A stretch of DNA of 49,481 nucleotides from Dehalococcoidia bacterium (lineage in GTDB: Bacteria > Chloroflexota > Dehalococcoidia > GIF9 > UBA5629), in assembly GCA_050014895.1 (NCBI GenBank), contig JBEKCL010000001.1, forward strand, positions 1-49,481, read 5' to 3'. The position numbers and the translations under genes are program-made. This document shows positions 44,872 to 49,481 of the stretch, in pieces. Each line of letters starts with the position of its first letter. The stretch's first letter is position 1. Below the pieces are notes generated by a model that saw nothing but the letters and a program-made list of their open reading frames with translations, did no database searches and had not been told where the DNA came from.

Positions 44872-47800
44872 ATGAGTAAACTTGAGGATCTGAAACCAAA
44901 TGCTTCAATACGTGGCATCCTGCCAGATGCCCTCATCACAATCATAAGTGTTCAATGGTACGGTTCGGATGCCGTTAATATAACGTATAAATCTGCCACT
45001 GGTAAGCTAGGAAATGAAATCCTCTATAGAGATAGTGAATCGCGAATTGAGATAGTTGAGCAAGGTCGCCCATGGAGTTTTGATGGCAATGGCATGCTTT
45101 TCCGACTTGTTTCAGAAGCAAATCGCATTCAATTGGCGCATCTATTTGATCCTATTTTGGCTGTTCATACGTCCATGGTTGATCCCCTGCCCCATCAGAT
45201 TACAGCAGTATATGAAACAATGCTCCAGCGACAGCCACTACGTTTCTTGCTGGCAGATGATCCGGGAGCTGGTAAAACAATCATGGCCGGATTACTCATA
45301 AAAGAACTGATTGCTAGGGGAGATTTACAAAGGTGTGTCATTGTATGCCCAGGAAGCCTGGTCGAACAGTGGCAAGATGAATTATATCAGCGTTTTGCCC
45401 TGCCGTTCGAAATCATGACCAATGACAATCTTGAAGCGGCACGAACAGGTAACTGGTTTTTGGAACATGACTTGGTGATTGTCCGTTTAGACAAAATGTC
45501 ACGTGACGAAGATATTCAAGCAAAATTAGCGGCTCCCGATTGCCGCTGGGATCTAATTATATGTGACGAAGCCCATAAAATGTCAGCTACATTTTTCGGC
45601 GGTGAGATTAAGTATACCAAGCGATACAAGCTGGGACAGCTGCTTTCCACTCTGACACGTCACTTCTTATTGATGACAGCCACACCTCATAATGGGAAAG
45701 AGGAAGATTTCCAACTGTTTATGGCACTGCTTGATGGTGATAGGTTTGAGGGGCGATTCCGTGATGGAGTTCATGCTGTTGATGTTTCTGATCTAATGCG
45801 TCGGATGGTCAAGGAAAGTCTGCTAAAATTCGATGGCACTCCGTTGTTCCCAGAACGCATAGCTTATACAGTCCCCTATAAACTGTCTGATGCGGAAGCG
45901 AAGCTCTATAAAGATGTCACAGAGTATGTTCGAGAACAATTTAATCGGGCTGAAGCACTCCAGAATAACAAACGTGCTGGTACTGTCGGCTTTGCACTTA
46001 CCATCCTACAACGACGATTGGCATCATCACCTGAGGCCATCTATCAATCACTGCGTCGCCGTCGTGAAAAGCTAGAAAATAAGCTACGTGAGCTTGAGGT
46101 ATTGCAGCGAAGTAATGATATAACACGCACTCTTGCCGCAACAGCAAATGGAATTAGCGATGAGGAAATCGAAGATTTGGAGGATGCGCCTGATAATGAA
46201 GTTGAAAACGTTGAAGAAAAGGTCTTGGATCAGGCTACTGCTGCTAGCACTATAGCCGAACTCAAAACGGAAATCGCCAGTTTAAAGAACTTGGAGATAC
46301 TGGCTTTAGGAGTGAGGAGGGGCGGAGAAGATAAAAAATGGCGGGAATTATCGAGGCTTCTAACTGAAGAAATATTCACGCCTGCTGCAATTGTAAATAA
46401 AGTGGCTGAAGAAAAGGCCCCATACAAAGCAGGTAAAACTGATAAGCCAATACCATCCCCACGCCAGAAATTAATAATATTTACAGAGCATCGGGATACG
46501 TTGCGCTATCTTGAAGAACGCATTGCCACACTTCTTGGTCGTTCGGAAGCTATAGTTTGTATTCATGGTAGCATGGGCCGCGAGGAACGAAAGAAATCGC
46601 AAGAGGCCTTTACCAATGATCCTCAAGTACAAATACTGCTAGCCACCGATGCTGCTGGTGAAGGTATCAATTTGCAGCGTGCTCATCTTATGGTGAACTA
46701 TGATTTGCCCTGGAATCCAAATAGAATTGAGCAACGTTTCGGCCGAATTCACCGTATCGGCCAAACTGAGGTTTGCCATCTATGGAACTTAGTAGCAGAT
46801 GAAACCCGCGAAGGCGAAGTATATCAGACGCTTTTAAGAAAACTGGAAGAGGCGAGAAACGCACTCGGCGGTCAGGTATTTGATGTCCTTGGCAAACTTC
46901 AATTTGAAGGCAAGCCCCTGCGTGATTTACTAATTGAGGCTATCAGATATGGTGAGCGACCAGAGGTACGCGGACGGCTTACACAAGTGGTTGCCGACGC
47001 ATTTGATAAGGCGCACATCCAGGACCTATTAGAAGAACGAGCTTTAGCTCGTGATGCCATGGATGCCAGCCGCGTTAACAGAATACGCGAGGACATGGAG
47101 CGAGCAGAAGCGAGGCGCCTTCAACCGCATTATATAGAATCCTTTTTCCTCAAAGCATTTGAACAATTGGGAGGTACAATAAAACAAAGAGAACCTCGCC
47201 GCTTTGAGGTTACTCATGTACCTGCGATTATACGTAATCGGGACAGGATAATTGGCTTTGGTAATCCAATATTGCAGAGATACGAGCGCATAGTATTTGA
47301 AAAGACCCTGATATCACCTCCGGGCCAACCATTAGCAGCATTTGTTTGTCCGGGACACCCCTTGCTCAATTCAGTTGTAGATATCACTCTGGAACGTAAT
47401 CGTGACCTATTACGTAGAGGAGCTGTACTAGTAGATGAACGTGATGCAGGTACCGAACCCAGAGTCTTATTCTATTTAGAGCACAGCATTCAGGATGCTA
47501 ATACCACGCGATCAGGAGACAGACGTTTGATTTCAAAACAAATGCTTTATGTTGAAATTGATTCTGCTGGAAACGCCACACATCCACAATATGCTCCTTA
47601 TCTTGATTATAGGCCGCTTAGTTCAGATGAACCAACTATAGAAAGAATACTTAGTCGCCCGGAATGTAATTGGGTAAATCAAGACTTAGAGAAAACAGCG
47701 CTGGGTTATGCTATTAACAATGTCGTACCCATTCACCTAAAAGAAGTCCGCGACTATAAACTGGACTTGATTGCTAAAACCGAAGCAGCCGTTAAAGATC

Positions 47801-48456
47801 GACTCGTAAAAGAGATAGCTTACTGGGACCATCGTGCTCAGGAATTGAAGTTGCAGGAAGACGCAGGCAAGGTTAATGCAAGACTTAATTCGAATGAAGC
47901 ACGAAAGCGGGCGGAAGCCTTATACGAACGGCTTCAAAAACGCCTGGGAGATTTGACCCTGGAAAAACAGATCTCAGCTTTACCGCCTGTAGTACTTGGA
48001 GGTGTTTTGGTTATCCCGATTGGGCTACTGGCAAAAATAACTGGACGTCCTCTATCCAATAACTATGAATCTCCGGACAAACTGGCAGCTGCGGCCAAAG
48101 CCCGTTCAATCATTATGGAGGTGGAAAGGGCTCTTGGTTTCGAACCTACTGATCGGGAAATGGACAAACTTGGCTATGATATAGAAAGTCGGATTCCGGG
48201 TAAAGGAAAACTTAGGTTCATTGAAGTAAAGGGGAGGACCACAAGCGCTGATACACTAACTGTTACGCGCAACGAAATACTCTATTCATTAAATAAACCC
48301 GACGACTTTATCCTGGCTATGGTTGAATTCTTTATCGGTGATAATCATCGGGTACACTACCTTAGACAGCCATTTCGAAGAGAGCCTGATTTTGGTGTTA
48401 CCAGCGTCAATTATGATTTCGCGGAGCTATTAGCGAGAGCGGAGGAGCCCCGGTAG
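44872..48456 (+). CDS. SNF2/SF2-family helicase with a C-terminal DUF3883-like (D...EVK, restriction-endonuclease-like) domain, 1194 aa from the preferred start
   Basis: The preferred ATG at 44872 follows GGGAGTAGGGAT. LLADDPGAGKT (motif I), IICDEAHKM (motif II), MTATPHNG (motif III), QRFGRIHRIGQ (motif VI). C-terminus GYDIESRIPGKGKLRFIEVKGRTTSADTLTVTRNEI. Confidence 0.8.
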   Translation: MSKLEDLKPNASIRGILPDALITIISVQWYGSDAVNITYKSATGKLGNEILYRDSESRIEIVEQGRPWSFDGNGMLFRLVSEANRIQLAHLFDPILAVHTSMVDPLPHQITAVYETMLQRQPLRFLLADDPGAGKTIMAGLLIKELIARGDLQRCVIVCPGSLVEQWQDELYQRFALPFEIMTNDNLEAARTGNWFLEHDLVIVRLDKMSRDEDIQAKLAAPDCRWDLIICDEAHKMSATFFGGEIKYTKRYKLGQLLSTLTRHFLLMTATPHNGKEEDFQLFMALLDGDRFEGRFRDGVHAVDVSDLMRRMVKESLLKFDGTPLFPERIAYTVPYKLSDAEAKLYKDVTEYVREQFNRAEALQNNKRAGTVGFALTILQRRLASSPEAIYQSLRRRREKLENKLRELEVLQRSNDITRTLAATANGISDEEIEDLEDAPDNEVENVEEKVLDQATAASTIAELKTEIASLKNLEILALGVRRGGEDKKWRELSRLLTEEIFTPAAIVNKVAEEKAPYKAGKTDKPIPSPRQKLIIFTEHRDTLRYLEERIATLLGRSEAIVCIHGSMGREERKKSQEAFTNDPQVQILLATDAAGEGINLQRAHLMVNYDLPWNPNRIEQRFGRIHRIGQTEVCHLWNLVADETREGEVYQTLLRKLEEARNALGGQVFDVLGKLQFEGKPLRDLLIEAIRYGERPEVRGRLTQVVADAFDKAHIQDLLEERALARDAMDASRVNRIREDMERAEARRLQPHYIESFFLKAFEQLGGTIKQREPRRFEVTHVPAIIRNRDRIIGFGNPILQRYERIVFEKTLISPPGQPLAAFVCPGHPLLNSVVDITLERNRDLLRRGAVLVDERDAGTEPRVLFYLEHSIQDANTTRSGDRRLISKQMLYVEIDSAGNATHPQYAPYLDYRPLSSDEPTIERILSRPECNWVNQDLEKTALGYAINNVVPIHLKEVRDYKLDLIAKTEAAVKDRLVKEIAYWDHRAQELKLQEDAGKVNARLNSNEARKRAEALYERLQKRLGDLTLEKQISALPPVVLGGVLVIPIGLLAKITGRPLSNNYESPDKLAAAAKARSIIMEVERALGFEPTDREMDKLGYDIESRIPGKGKLRFIEVKGRTTSADTLTVTRNEILYSLNKPDDFILAMVEFFIGDNHRVHYLRQPFRREPDFGVTSVNYDFAELLARAEEPR

Positions 48457-49481
48457 ATGCAACCGCCCAAGTATTTTTTAGCTATTCAGCAAAAGGCAAC
48501 AAGTAGATGGGATCAGCTTGATGCCGATCCTGATCTGGCCGGACCATGGCATCACCTGTTCAGGCAGGTTGCCCAAAGTCCTCGAAACGTGCTCTCCGAA
48601 CTTCTTCAAAATGCTGACGACGCAGATGCGACCGAGGCCTCAGTAGATATTATCGATGGCGAGTTCATCTTTTCACATAATGGAATTGACTTCAATAGCG
48701 AGCAGTTTCAGTCACTTTGCCGTTTCGGCTTCTCGAACAAGCGAGCCTTGCACACAATCGGGTTCCGGGGTATAGGATTCAAAAGCACGTTCAGTCTGGG
48801 CGACCAGGTGAGATTGTTCACACCTACCTTAGCCGTTGCTTTTAATGCTGGCCGTTTCACTCAACCAATTTGGCTGGCTAACGTGGCCTCCGAGAGCGGT
48901 CTGACAGAAGTCAGAATAAAAATAATAGATGAGCGTCGTGCGCGTGAGTTGGAGAAGAACATTAAGGAATGGATCTCCAATCCGACATCCCTTCTATTTT
49001 TTAGGCGGCTACGATCCCTTAGGGTAAGAGAGCAGGTGATACGGTGGGTGAATAGCAGACCTGGGCCGTGCGTTAATTCGCACTGGGTGTCCCTGTCAAC
49101 TGCACCAGATAAAGAATATCTTCACATCATATCACAGGATGAGCAATTTCCCGAGGAGGCATTGACGGAAATCAAACAAGAGTGCCCGAATCTGGAAAAA
49201 GAAACCACGTTCCCGCCTTGCAAGGTTGAGATCGTACTCGGCGTGTCTGGCAGGCTTTACGTCGTCTTGCCCACTGGGGTCAAGACTTCGCTACCTTTTG
49301 CCTGTAACGCTCCCTTTGTGCAGGACCCAGCCAGGCTGAAGATAAAAGAGTCCGAACTTTCACCAACGAATCGTTGGCTGCTGGCACGTGTTGGAAAGCT
49401 TGCGGGAGATTCCCTTATTCAATGGCTGAATAGTGGCACTTTGCCCGCCGCTGAGAAATGCCAGGCATACGATCTTTGGCC
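48457..49481 (+). CDS. Sacsin-like GHKL (Bergerat-fold) ATPase domain protein, N-terminal 341 codons. The ORF is still open at the window end.
   Basis: The ATG immediately follows the upstream TAG (TAGATG). N-box VLSELLQNADDADAT. G-box-like IGFRGIGFKSTFSLGD. LPFACNAPFVQDPARL. There is no stop codon through 49481, which is why it is missing from the ORF track. Confidence 0.7.
   Translation, partial: MQPPKYFLAIQQKATSRWDQLDADPDLAGPWHHLFRQVAQSPRNVLSELLQNADDADATEASVDIIDGEFIFSHNGIDFNSEQFQSLCRFGFSNKRALHTIGFRGIGFKSTFSLGDQVRLFTPTLAVAFNAGRFTQPIWLANVASESGLTEVRIKIIDERRARELEKNIKEWISNPTSLLFFRRLRSLRVREQVIRWVNSRPGPCVNSHWVSLSTAPDKEYLHIISQDEQFPEEALTEIKQECPNLEKETTFPPCKVEIVLGVSGRLYVVLPTGVKTSLPFACNAPFVQDPARLKIKESELSPTNRWLLARVGKLAGDSLIQWLNSGTLPAAEKCQAYDLW

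Larger units (their letters stand above)
44074..49481. mobile_element. Putative tRNA-integrated genomic island, partial (continues beyond the window)
   Basis: It begins at the 5' side of the tRNA remnant. It opens with about 800 nt of AT-rich sequence lacking credible ORFs, followed by defence-type genes. No integrase is visible within the window. Confidence 0.35.

Noticed and set aside
1-49481. CRISPR arrays, IS elements or transposases, rRNA genes and prophage structural genes
   Set aside because: I looked for regularly spaced direct repeats, terminal inverted repeats flanking transposase-like ORFs and conserved rRNA stretches. None was seen. The only repeats are gene paralogs (archaellins, MCPs, HD-GYP genes, lipoproteins) and the short motifs reported in the findings.

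Overview
The window looks bacterial. It carries a DnaE-family polymerase tail, a PilD-type prepilin peptidase, a GFTLIELL-type pilin, NarL-type regulators and rho-independent terminators. The lineage is possibly Chloroflexota-like, but that is a low-confidence guess. The core (about 10.1-39.5 kb, all on the minus strand) is a run of 26 co-directional genes. It joins a complete chemotaxis set (2 MCPs, cheW-A-C-D, cheY-B-R) to an archaeal-type motility (archaellum) operon: 2 archaellins, an ArlD/E-like protein, 2 ArlF/G-family proteins, arlH, arlI and arlJ. Between the two blocks lie two degenerate HD-GYP paralogs, a 189-aa ORF, a REC-GAF histidine kinase, a NarL-type regulator and a degenerate receiver. 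After arlJ come a membrane-anchored disordered protein, an Ig-repeat surface protein and a PAS-HD-GYP protein. No bacterial flagellar genes and no recognisable CheF are visible. The most interesting candidate is the 189-aa ORF (24918-25487). It has a FliM-like LSQxxIDA N-terminal peptide and a C-terminal zinc ribbon, and may be a new adaptor from CheY to the archaellum. The left flank (0.9-6 kb) holds a small defence islet: a HicB/HicA-like pair and a fused PD-ExK nuclease/N6-adenine methyltransferase (type IIG-like) that is translationally coupled to a protein with an Rx4H HEPN-like motif. The right flank begins with a 45-nt 3' remnant of a tRNA-Thr(CGU)-like gene (44029-44073), a putative att scar. 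It is followed by an AT-rich gene-free stretch and a candidate defence pair: an SNF2 helicase with a DUF3883-like tail and a sacsin-like GHKL ATPase that runs off the window. Two apparent gene lesions stand out: an in-frame TAA in dnaE, and an A10 homopolymer frameshift in one ArlF/G-family gene. No CRISPR array, rRNA, complete tRNA or IS element was seen. All family assignments come from motif recognition by eye and need HMM or BLAST confirmation.
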